From Octopus bimaculoides (taxonomy: Eukaryota): DNA of 64,000 bases. The notes under the pieces were generated by a model. The model had not been told where the DNA came from and made no database searches. It saw nothing but the letters and a program-made list of their open reading frames with translations. The stretch lies in assembly GCF_001194135.2 (NCBI RefSeq), contig NC_068998.1:24432336-24496335 (forward strand), written 5' to 3'. Of this stretch, positions 52,775 through 64,000 are shown piece by piece (position 1 is the stretch's first letter; the number at the start of each line of letters is the position of its first letter). The position numbers and the translations under genes are program-made.

Positions 52775-53794
52775 CATGTGTGTGTTAAAGGTGATTTATC
52801 ACTTCCAAAATTTTGAATAATTGAACATTTATAAATAATTTTTACTACACATGATACAAAATTAGCAGCATGTGATATTTAGTTGTGTCACTTCTTTTTG
52901 CTGAATTTGACTCATGATGATATCAAGTTTGTTTTCAGCCTTCCAAAATTGATAAAATAAAAACCAATCAAGTACTGAATTTGATTATTCAGCTTATCTC
53001 TTTTCAAATGTTAACAATTTTTTTATTATCATAATCATTATCATTACTATCAATAACACCACGAATATATCATTATTATTATAAATATCCATAGTACCAC
53101 CACACTATCAACATTACTACTGCTAATATACTTCACCACCACCACCACCACCACCTTCCAAGAAATTTGAAAGAGTGAAGTTATTTTTAAACCAGAAAAC
53201 TGGCCCTATTGCTTGTAATGAAATGAACTCTTCTGAAATATCTTACAGCTATAGTGCTGTTAAACTGGGTTATGAAGTAAATCGACTGTTCAAGAACAGG
53301 AACATAGAGTTTGTGACTATTAAATCACACTCACTAGGCTTTGGTCAACCAGTGACTATAATAGAAGTCTCTTGCCTAAGCTGCATTCACTGAGATCAAA
53401 CCTAAAACTACATAGCTGAGAAGTAAACTTGTAACCACATAAACACGCTTGTCTCTTTATCCTGGTAGGCAAGTCATATACATGATCATGTATATGTTGC
53501 ACTTTCAATACTTTCATTGGGTCAATTCAATGCTCTTTACATATCTCTAACAAACATGTGGCTTTTTTAATGCAAGAAATCAATATCAAAGACAGAAATC
53601 AAATCTTCTAATGCTAAATTCTCAGGACAATTCTCCGTTATCTTTACAAACATTGACCAGCAATTGTTGACTTACAGATGTTCAAGCTAAACATCAGTCC
53701 CAATCTCACCAGTTTTGAATGGCCTGTAAAGTTTATCTGTGAAATTCCTGTTTCATTAATGAAAAGAATGAAAATTTTCTCATTGAATTCTAGA

Positions 53795-53839
<45 letters not shown>

Positions 53840-56800
53840 CACACATATATATATATATACACACACACATATATATATATATACACACACATATAGAATT
53901 CAATAGGTGCATATAATTAACTTATCTGAATATAAACACTAGATCTATTCCACAATAGAATGATTAGTATTAGCAAAAAACTGTTTTTTTTCTTATTGCT
54001 ATTCTAATCAACATTTGTTATTGTACCCTGTCTCTGCATAAGCATAGCTGTTATACATTTTAGTTTTATCTTTATAGTCACTTATAGTCCTGTTTATCTT
54101 TGGAAATTTTGCACTATACTTTGCTGCAGCCATTATCCAAGATGGCTAAAAATACTAACTACTGTGTGTTCCTAAAATATACAAATTGACATTTATGATA
54201 GAAATACCTCAGTATCACAGCGCAACGGTTGAAACTAGTAGAGGAATAAATGAATAATCAATATTTCAAAATTAATATTCTTATATTAACCAGTATTCTT
54301 GTATCAACCACATTTTCTATTTTTATACCAGTCTCCTGATCAGTGAAAAGTATCATTAGCCTTGAATAACACAATTCTGCCTTGGGCAATATGTTTACTA
54401 ACTAAAATACAGGCTAATCAATCTCTCTCAGAACAAGATAGATATTTTAAGTAAGAATATATTGGTGCTACCAACTCTAGTATCAGAAGGGCTAGAGAGT
54501 TGATTCAGTGGGATTGTTGTAATGCTATGGTCAACTGTTTCCATGGCAACGAAACTAAAGTAGCCTGAAATTTCACCCAGTTTGATATCATAGATATTTA
54601 CACCCTTCAATATTGAAATCCCTCTTCTCTAAAGGCCCAAGATTTTAGTGGGCAATTCACCAAAATTAGCGTATTAAGTATCAGAACTATTATGGAAGCT
54701 AGGAAGTCACATCTGCTTCACAATGTTTTCTGTTAAGTCAAAACAGAAAAAAGACTGAGAGATGTATCTATGGGGTTAACATATCCATGAGGAACTACAA
54801 TGGGGTTGAGGTCACTGACAAAGTTTATTTTTCAGAACACTCTAAAATTATAAAACATACAGCCTCTTCCACCAAGTTCAGGCATGAACAGGGATGATAG
54901 CCTGACAATTTCAAGCCATATGACTGGTCACACAATGGATAAGTTCAGGAAGAATGTTTAAAGAATTTTCAAAGAATTTGACGTAACCATAACTGTCACT
55001 CATGACTTTAAAAAGTTTGATTTCTTAAATGTAACCCAAGACCTCCAAAAAATAAGTACTATCAAACTGAGGGGCAGGAAACTTTGCCATTCATTATGGC
55101 TTGCTAAAAAGGCAGTGTAAATAAACAATCAGTTACTTTCATAGAGAAACACATGCAATTTTTGGATCTGAATATAAATGTATATGATCATTGTTAAAAA
55201 TAATTGAATTCAAAATCAGTTCAAATTAATACTAAAGCAAAAAAAAAAAAAAAAAAAAAAAAAGAAGATGCATGTTTGGAGGTTTGTAAAGAAAGATAAA
55301 TTATTTATGTTATAACAGGGCTCTGCAACCTTTATTATCATGATAAAAATTTACAAAGAAACAAAAAAAAAGTAAGATGAAAAAAGGAAGTGCCCGTCTT
55401 CCCAGTCAAGGGAGATAGATCCCTAGTCTGGGATGTGACAAGCAGTGACATGTTCTCTGGTTTCAACCTTGCAGCATCAATTACAAACCTACATGTCACC
55501 ACCTGCCATGGGGAGGAGAGAAATTTCAATAAATTCAGGAACCTGATTGGCCGCTATCAGTTTCTCCAGTCGCTGTTGAGATGTTAGATTTTCATAAACC
55601 CCACACTACTGATTTCCTCTGCAAAATTGAATTCATGGTGATCTGTCTGAGGAATAAGCTCCATGTGTTGTTGCTGTGGTGAGTATTGTTGGCCATTCAT
55701 TGCAGCAACACCATTACGGTCATTACTGCAGGGCTGAGCACACCATTTGTTCCAGGGTGTGTGGCCCATCTCTCCACTCTGCCTTCTGCTGTTTTTTTTT
55801 ATCTTTCTTTTTCTTTCTTTTTTTTTATCTATTTTCTTTGTAATGAGATTCCATGATGTTATAGTTGTGAAAACTTTCTATCTGATCTGAAAGAAGAGAG
55901 CTGTGCCCATAGCATTACTTGGTCTTTCAAAATCCTTAAGCACAGTATCGTCAACGTTCCTCTGCAATAGATACAGTCTGAGAGAAGCAGGAAGAACACA
56001 AGCATAAGAAGAGAATGCCAGAAAGTTCATGTCTGAGGAAAGAAAAATAAGGTGCTGTTGGCAGGGTGGAGCTTGAGAAAAGGTACCAATATAACTGACA
56101 TGAAGTGGAGAGAGGTATGAGCTGGGAGTAATTAAATAAAGGTGACACAAGAATAACCTGCTCTGATATTGTAACAGCAGGAAAGGCAGAGAAAGTGTAA
56201 ATCATGTCTGTAGGCCTGATTTTGGAGTTTGTTTCCAAGTGACTTCATGCTAATCAGTTGCTTAGCCTTTTATTGGATGTGATCTACAATGTCTGTAAGT
56301 GTAACAGCCTGAGATTTTGAATATAACAACTATAATAAAATTTGAGAAATATTCTAAGAAACTGCCTGACAGTAACCAAAGTGATAATGGCAGTTTTGTA
56401 TCATATAGCCAAAGCTTTTAGGAACGTTTATCCATGTTATAATTGTAGACCATCTGGCATCACATTTAAACAAATAAAAAACATTAATTTATCAAAATGT
56501 TCACAGTATTCAGTAGACCAACTGTAATTTATCAGGAATGAATTAAGAGTAAGATGCAGATGTTATATATATTTCTCTAAGCATCTCATAAATATTCATA
56601 TTGTGAAAAAAAAACAAAAAAAAAAACAAAAAAAAAACTGTAAGATATGGAATGCAAAACAATTTTAGGTTAATTGTATATATATTAGTTACTGATTCTT
56701 GTCATGAAAATGAGTCAACATTTGCTGTGGAATTCTTCATAGATGAATAATTGCAGGCTTTGTTTTCAAAATTCTAATTCAAAATGATGACAGGGTTAAT

Positions 56801-56887
56801 GACTCAGAATTAAAGAGCTTTTGAAAGGATATTCAAAATTGGAAGCTGGTCAAATGATATGGAGGTGAAGGTTCAGTGTGTATGCAT

Positions 56888-56992
<105 letters not shown>

Positions 56993-57535
56993 TGTACACA
57001 TTTATTTATACATAGGCAGCAAATTGAGAGTTGTCTCATTGTTAAATATCTCCCTATGCCTCTTGTAGTATTCATTGTAGCATCCGGTGTTCAAATCCCA
57101 TGGAGGCTAACTTTGCTTTCCATCCCTCTCAAGTTGATGATTAAACTGCCAGTCTAGTGCAGTGGATTAGCAGAATAGTTAGTGCTGAGCAGATGCCTCA
57201 TGGTGCCTATTCTGGTTCTTTGCATTCTATGTTCAAGTGCCACCTTATGTAGCAATGACTAGGGTTAACTAACTGATTATATAAATGTACTGCTCAACTC
57301 ATTATTAGCCATCATCTATAAGTAGGCCTAAAACCACCATCAATAATCCAGAGGATTTCATCCAACTGCAGTGAATTATCAATGGTTATGTGGAAATGAA
57401 AATGCAAATACACACACACACATATGCATATACATGTGTATATATGTATGTATATATATATGTGTATGTATGTGTGTGTGTATATGTGTGTATAATACAC
57501 ACACACGCGCACACACGCACACACACACACACATG

Positions 57536-57755
57536 CAGGCACATTGCCGAGTGGTTAGGCTGCTGCCCTCAGGATTGCCAGGCCATAAGCTTGATTCCCA
57601 GACCAGGCAGCACGTTGTGTTCTTGAGCAAAACACTTCATTTCATATTGCTCCAGTGGGGTGGTATTATTCAAAGGCTAAAATAATGCAAAGTGCATTGT
57701 GACCAGTGATGTGTAACAACATCTGAGAGTCTGCTTTGGTCATGTGATCACGAGT
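57536..57755 (+). mobile_element. tRNA-headed SINE family C (CORE-like)
   Basis: A-box-like TTGCCGAGTGGTTAGG, B-box-like TTGATTCCCAG, then TGTGTTCTTGAGCAAAACACTTCATTTC. Confidence 0.7.
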
Positions 57756-57780
57756 TATATATATATATATATATATATAT

Positions 57781-58240
57781 ATCATCATCATCATCGTTTA
57801 ACGTCCGCTTTCCATGCTAGCATGGGTTGGACGATTTGACTGAGGACTGGTGAAACCGGATGGCAACACCAGGCTCCAGTCTGATTTGGCAGAGTTTCTA
57901 CAGCTGGATGCCCTTCCTAACGCCAACCACTCAGAGAGTGTAGTGGGTGCTTTTACGTGTCACCCGCACGAAAACGGCCACGCTCGAAATGGTGTNNNNN
58001 NNNNNNNNNNNNNNNNNNNNNNNNNNNNNNNNNNNNNNNNNNNNNNNNNNNNNNNNNNNNNNNNNNNNNNNNNNNNNNNNNNNNNNTTCCAAAGGTCTCG
58101 GTCCGTAGTCATCGCCTCGGTGAGGCCCAATGTACGAAGGTCTTGCCTCACCACCTCAGCCCAGGTCTTCCTGGGCCTACCTCTTCCACGGGTTCCCTCA
58201 ACTGTTAGGGTGTGGCACTTTTTCACGCAGCTATCCTCAT
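57781..58240 (-). mobile_element. Young 5'-truncated RTE LINE (C-terminus, 3' UTR and (GAT)n tail) embedded in (TA)n
   Basis: DEDSCVKKCHTLTVEGTRGRGRPRKTWAEVVRQDLRTLGLTEAMTTDRDLW; CpG-rich; 91-N gap inside; TA repeats on both flanks. Confidence 0.92.
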
Positions 58241-58255
58241 ATATATGTGTGTGTG

Positions 58256-58625
58256 GAGGAGCAATGGCCCAGTGGTTAGGGCAGTGGACTCACAGTCATA
58301 GGATCGCGGTTTTGATTCCCAGACCGGGCGCTGTGAATGTTTATTGAGCGAAAACACCCAAAGCTCCACGAGGCTCCAGCAGGGGAGGGTGGCGAACCTT
58401 GCTGTACTCTTCCACCACAACTTTCTCTCACTCTTACTTCCTGTTGTGCCTGTAATTCAAAGGGTCAGTCTTGTCACACTGTGTCACGCTGAATATCCCA
58501 CCGAGAACTACGTTAAGGGTACACGTGTCTGTGGAGTGCTCAGCCACTTGCACATTAATTTCATGAGCAGGCTCTTCCGTTGAAGTGGAACCCTCAACAT
58601 CGTAAGCGACGGAGTGCCAACAACA

Positions 58626-58626
<1 letters not shown>
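58256..58626 (+). mobile_element. tRNA-derived SINE family D, apparently full length
   Basis: A-box TGGCCCAGTGGTTAGG, B-box-like GGTTTTGATTCCC, non-tRNA body, (CAA) tail. The 3' acceptor stem does not close as it would in a tRNA gene. Confidence 0.75.
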
Positions 58627-58656
<30 letters not shown>

Positions 58657-58707
58657 ATATACATGCACATAAATACATACACATACACTATATATATATA
58701 TATATAG

Positions 58708-58741
<34 letters not shown>

Positions 58742-59032
58742 GTATGTGTGTCTGTGTAAAGGAAGAAAAAGAGAGAATGTGAATATTATGGTATTCCCTT
58801 TTAACAAGATGGAAATGATTCTCAGCTACATAAAAGTCTGTCACCTTGCTGAGACCTTCAACTGCAATGATGACTCAGTTACCATGACCACAAGATTACC
58901 TTAATGATTATATTTATTGGTGCCAAATTCTGGTATTATTACATGCATAGCTATTTCTAAAGAAAGCCATATCATTACACTCTGTCTGAATATGAAAAGG
59001 ATAATAATGACTAAAAAGTTTCAGGCACTTAC

Positions 59033-59109
59033 CTGAAAAGGACAATAGGAACAAGTAACTTCAATTACAGCCATTAGCACAATTTTAGACTCTTGCAGTC
59101 TAATATTTG
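59033..59109 (-). other. Candidate 77-nt internal exon, or recursive splice site, of an unidentified minus-strand transcript
   Basis: Branch ACTAAT at 59132-59137, AG-free tract TACTTCTTTTATGTATTCCCAG, donor CAG|GTAAGT at 59032; lies outside recognisable repeats. Confidence 0.4.
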
Positions 59110-59359
59110 CTGGGAATACATAAAAGAAGTAATTAGTCTTTTCAGGGTTACGTGAGTAAAAAAAAAAAAGAATTAAATATTTATTATGAAATATGGGAAG
59201 GTATATACAATAGAAGTGATAGAAAGAATAGTGTGCAAGTATCTAGTTATTTGGATGGTTGGAGGATCCACATTCAGTAGGTGATGAGGATGAGAGATTA
59301 TTAGAGAGGAAGAAGACACAGCAGAAGTATGTGTTGTATAGGGAGACTGAATAATTCTT

Positions 59360-59652
59360 TTATCTTTTATCTTTTATTTTTTATTGTCATTTGACTGTGG
59401 CCATGCTGGAGCACCACCTTAAAGGATTTTAGTAGAACAAATCAACGCCAGGACTTATAGTTTTTTAAGCCTAGTACTTATTCTATCAGTCACTTTTTGT
59501 CAAACCACTAAGTTACAGAGATGTAAACACACCAACACCAGTTGTCAAGCAGTGGTGAGGGACAGACACAGACACAAAGACACACACATAGATATATACA
59601 TATATATATGTGTGTGTGTGTGTGTGTGTATATAGATATGTATACATATACA

Positions 59653-59688
<36 letters not shown>

Positions 59689-59900
59689 NNNNNNNNNNNN
59701 NNNNNNNNNNNNNNNNNNNNNNNNNNNNNTGTGTGTGTGTGTGTGTGTAAAACAGGCTTCTTTCAGTTTCTGCTTCCAAATCCAATCACGAAGTTTTGGT
59801 TAGTCCAAGGCTATAACAGAAGACACTTGCTCAAGGTGTCACACAGTGAACTGAATCTGAAACCATGTGGTTGGGAAGCAAGCTTCTTAACACACTGCCA
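59360..59900 (-). mobile_element. SINE family A with a central (CA)/(TA) expansion and gap
   Basis: 3' half at 59360-59580 and 5' half at 59750-59900 are recognisable. Confidence 0.85.
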
Positions 59901-61541
59901 CAGGAAAGATTTTCTTGTTGGATATTTTAAAATGCACTTCTCAAACTCTACTTCTGAGCTGTTATAAATCTATTTTTTGAAGTCACCCAAATTATTGCTC
60001 TACACTACGATCTTACAAGGTTATTAGAAACATAGAGCAGAAAATGAGATGTAATAAATGTCTCACAAGGATATTTACCCCTCTACTATTCAGACTGATT
60101 CATCAAATGTGATACCTATTAATTCCCATTGTTTTGAATTAATCAAGTCACTTTGAGATTTTGATGGTGTCAGTGTTTATTTTTAGAATGACATAATAGG
60201 GTAGATGGGAGAGGCTAAATCTGGCCAGTTTGAACACAAAACATGTAAAATTATTTGGCTAGATATGACTAGCTTAAATGCTAATGGGTTAAGGAAAATT
60301 GTTTGACATGTTCTTAATATTACCTTCAAAATATCAGAATTATAGTGATAACAGTTTCTTAAGCAAGTATTCATTATTCACAGCAATTTATGTTTCAACA
60401 TTCACAAAACATTGAGTAAAACCCAATGAAGAAGAAATCATATTACATGTTGACATAGGAATCACTGAGTGATTAACAAATTTGCTTGTGAATCATGAGG
60501 TCTTATATTGAATTCATCTGTGTTACATTTGGGGCAAGTATCTTTATCAATGCCTTGGATTGATTCTTGACTTGTAAATGAATATGAGTAGACTTAAATT
60601 CTGCAAAAGCTCAAAGGATGAATTATTCATGTAATTCAGAAGTCCAGCCCTGTCATGTATTGTATAACATTGGAAACTGCAATAAAGGTAGATATGGCTA
60701 TGAGGTATACTGCGGTTTACAAGGTAATTTAATAAGTCATCAGTTCATTTAATTAAACACCTAAGTGCTCAATAGCAAAAGTAATAGAGTTTCAATCACT
60801 ATTCTTTTTCTTTGCTTTCACAAATTCCCATGACTCTGTCACCATCCAATTCCATTATTACAAATTTGAATTGGAACATGGGTCATAATGAATCTTTCAT
60901 TAGCTGATTACACAACCAGGGACATCAACCCTAAGTATGCATTGCAGTTATTCTTTTGATAGAGCTTATATCTTGACATTTTAGTGGGAGATGGAACTAA
61001 TTGATTAATATGACACCTGGGTTTACTGGTACTTATGTTATCAAGGCAAAGTCTCCCTCAACAGAATTTGAACTTAGAACATGAATTCAGAAGAAATTCC
61101 ACGAAGCATTTTGTCCAGCATGCTAACAATTTTGCCATCTCACCATCTTACTAATATAACATAATAATAACATTGTCGCATCACAAAAGAAAAAAACAGG
61201 AAAAACTAACCTCTTTGGATTCATTTGCACCTTACTTCTTGTAATTATTTCTAATATTAGCCCAGGGCCCACAATTTTGTGGGGTGAAGCAGGTTGATTA
61301 TATTGACACCAGTGCTCGACTGGATTTTCTTTTATCAACCTTGTTAAAATAAATGGCAAAATTGACTATTGAAGAATTTGAACACAGAATGTAACAATTT
61401 GGAAGAAATGGTGCTAAGCTAATGATTTTGATTTTGCCAGCTTATCACATTTCTTGTGGAGACTTTGTGGCTAATGAGTTGGTCTCATGATTGTAAAATC
61501 ATGGTTTTGTTTTCTGGACATGTTGATGCATTGTGTTCTTG

Positions 61542-61895
61542 AGTGTTTTTATGTGGCAACAGCATCAGAGATTTTGATGGGATACCAGCACCAGTGCATT
61601 TTATGTGGCACCAGCACCAGTGCTTTTTCTTTGAGACACCAGCACCAGTGATTTTTATGTGGGGCCTGTCTCAATGCTTTTTATGAGGAATCTGTACCAG
61701 TGCTCTTTATGTGGAACCTTCACCAGTGCTTTTTATGTTGATCTAGCACCAATGCTTTTTATATGGCATCAGCACTTTTTATGCGACACTAACAACAGTG
61801 CTCTTTATGTGGAACCAGTACCAGTGTTTTTTATATGGCAACAGCACCAGTGCTTTTTATGTGGTAGCAGTACCAGTGCCTTTTATGTGGCACTG
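61542..61895. repeat. Degenerate 26-bp minisatellite, about 13-14 units
   Basis: Consensus AGTGCTTTTTATGTGGCACCAGCACC at mostly 26-bp period (e.g. 61593, 61619; 61797, 61823, 61849, 61875). Confidence 0.92.
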
Positions 61896-62512
61896 TGATT
61901 TGTGAAAGGTTGATGAAGGAATGCCAAAGTTTAACTAGCAAATATGAATGTTAATTTTCACCCAGCATCCTTGTAATATACAATCCTACATCTATCTAAG
62001 ACAGTTGCAGAGTGAAACTACTCCAAAAGTTGTATACAAACTTCATTACAATGCAGAAACATTGAAATATAAAGAGATGAACAAATCCATAAAAGACAGA
62101 AAAAAAAAACCCTTCTGAGATAGAAACCACAGGTTGAGAGATTCATCCTCCCATTTATTTTCGCTTTCTTTCATTATCCTTATTACAGTTGGCAGTAAAT
62201 TGCCTTTGATTTTTTTGTTTCTAATTTATTGCTTTTTTTTTTGTTTATTTTATTTATATATTTTCCATTATTTCAGCAATACATAATGTTATTTCTTGTG
62301 ATAGTTTAAATTTTCTTTGGAGCCAGCTTGGTGCCAAATAAATATAATCACAGATCAATATGCATTCTGTAGCATTTTGGTTTTTTTTATTTTTCGTTTT
62401 CTTGCTTATTAGATGTTTTTGTGATTTCTGTGTCAGTAACAATAACATTGGCATTCCATATTTGAACAATCCTAACCTCAAAACGATCTTGAATGATAAG
62501 AAATTATACATG

Positions 62513-62556
<44 letters not shown>

Positions 62557-62651
62557 TACTTACATACAGGCATANNNNNNNNNNNNNNNNNNNNNNNNNN
62601 NNNNNNNNNNNNNNNNNNNNNNNNNNNNNNNNNNNNNNNNNNNNNNNNNNN

Positions 62652-62712
<61 letters not shown>

Positions 62713-64000
62713 CATATACACACATGCACACATAACATATATATATGCATTTATACACACACATATATATACTCATATATATGTATGCATGTATACACAC
62801 ACACACACATTTCCTCACTATTTTTATGAAGAACAAGATAACAATTGCTGTCTTCTTGTTTTGGTTTTTTTTATACACTATCATACTTCTCATCATTTCT
62901 ATATTCCTGCTATTTTCTGCATCTTTCATAGTTGCATAGTTGTCATAATCACCACTGTTCATTATTCTGGCTCACCCTTTTATCAATACTTACATCATTG
63001 AAGTTATTTTGCATAGCTTTACATCATTTTTAGCTTCAGATAGTGGTATTTTGCAAATTTGACAAATTAGTTTCTTTTCATCTCTTGGTGAGGAGGAGGG
63101 TGAGAGCTGCTATGTTAATTATTATTTATCTCTATCTAAAGATAATTTAGTAATTTGCTTTTATATCATATGAAATTTATTTTATCTTTTTGTTAAATTT
63201 TATTTGAGTCAGCAGATTTTTTTTTAGTCTTCAGATAAATTCTAAAATCATTTTTTATTATTATTTTGTTTTAATTATTTAAATATTTCATTAAATCACA
63301 GCTTATATCAAATGCTTTAAATACAGACTATCAAAGAGGGTGTTTGATCATCGATTCAAATGAAATTCAGATACGTTTGGTCTATTTTTACCAAAGCAAA
63401 CTACTTTGATTAATTTCTGAGTATATTCACATGCAATGAAGAAGTTTTATATTTGTATTTACCCCCCACCTTCATGTAATTAATCATCATTAATTAAATG
63501 ACATTCAGTTGTGTGTTTTTTAAAGATTCTACATTTAAATTCTAATTCTGTTAAACATATTTATCCTCTGTTTTCCATTATTTTCTTCTTAATTGTTAAA
63601 TTATTCATTAGTTAAAACCAATATATTTGATTATAATCATACAGGAATACATACTTCATTTCACCAAAATAACAAAATTAATGAGTTTTCAAATAAATCT
63701 ATGGAGGTTTGTGTTACTCAGAGTAAAGAAGAAATATGAAGCTGTGGTGTTCATACTTCTTCATGCTGTCTTAATCTGGAATTTATTTCTTCAGTATTAA
63801 TATGAGCTTCATCACCAATATTATGATCATCCTTCCCACTTTCATAATCATTATCAGTGTTACCATTATCACCAGCAGTATCAATGCTGTAGTTACAATC
63901 AAACTCTTCTCCAGTCACTTTGATACAGCTGTAGTTAGACTAAGAATCGAACCTCACATTTCCAGTTTCCAAGTTGGCACCAAACAAATCACATTTATGT

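Noticed and set aside
55380-55780. GC-richer unique stretch with a CCAAT-box-like CGGCCAATCAG and 61-65 aa ORFs
   Set aside because: A single motif, ORFs without recognisable homology, and no TATA or CpG-island context; insufficient to call a promoter or exon.
58256-58330. Possible tRNA gene
   Set aside because: A- and B-box-like motifs are present, but the cloverleaf does not close and the sequence continues into a SINE body. The same applies to other tRNA-like heads in the window.
60828-60890. Hairpin TCCAATTC...GAATTGGA with an extended bulged stem (possible pre-miRNA)
   Set aside because: Only about 18 bp paired with a 5-nt bulge; too short and irregular for a pre-miRNA.
61542-61895. 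Possible CRISPR array
   Set aside because: Contiguous degenerate 26-bp units with no unique spacers, no cas genes, and a eukaryotic context.

Overview
This is an AT-rich eukaryotic window made almost entirely of transposable-element relics, SINEs and (TA)n/(CA)n/(CAT)n microsatellites, with 10 N-gaps. The SINE and RTE repertoire and the microsatellite load point to an octopus (coleoid cephalopod) draft assembly; this is an inference. No host protein-coding gene can be established. The ORF-track entries are repeat translations or TE fragments. Recognisable elements: a 267-codon uninterrupted RTE LINE endonuclease frame running off the left edge; at least six other RTE-clade relics; an R4/Dong-clade LINE; four mariner relics (two with paired TIRs and TA target sites); a hAT transposase relic; a Chapaev3-like relic; a Tigger/pogo derivative; two copies of a hAT MITE, one split by a piggyBac at a duplicated TTAA; a solo LTR; and a probable Penelope relic with a decayed hammerhead core. 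The best non-TE signal is a well-formed 77-nt minus-strand exon, or recursive AG|GT site, at 59033-59109. I found no convincing new multi-gene biological system. The findings are structural observations made by eye, with no database searches; element boundaries are approximate unless a TSD or TIR is quoted.
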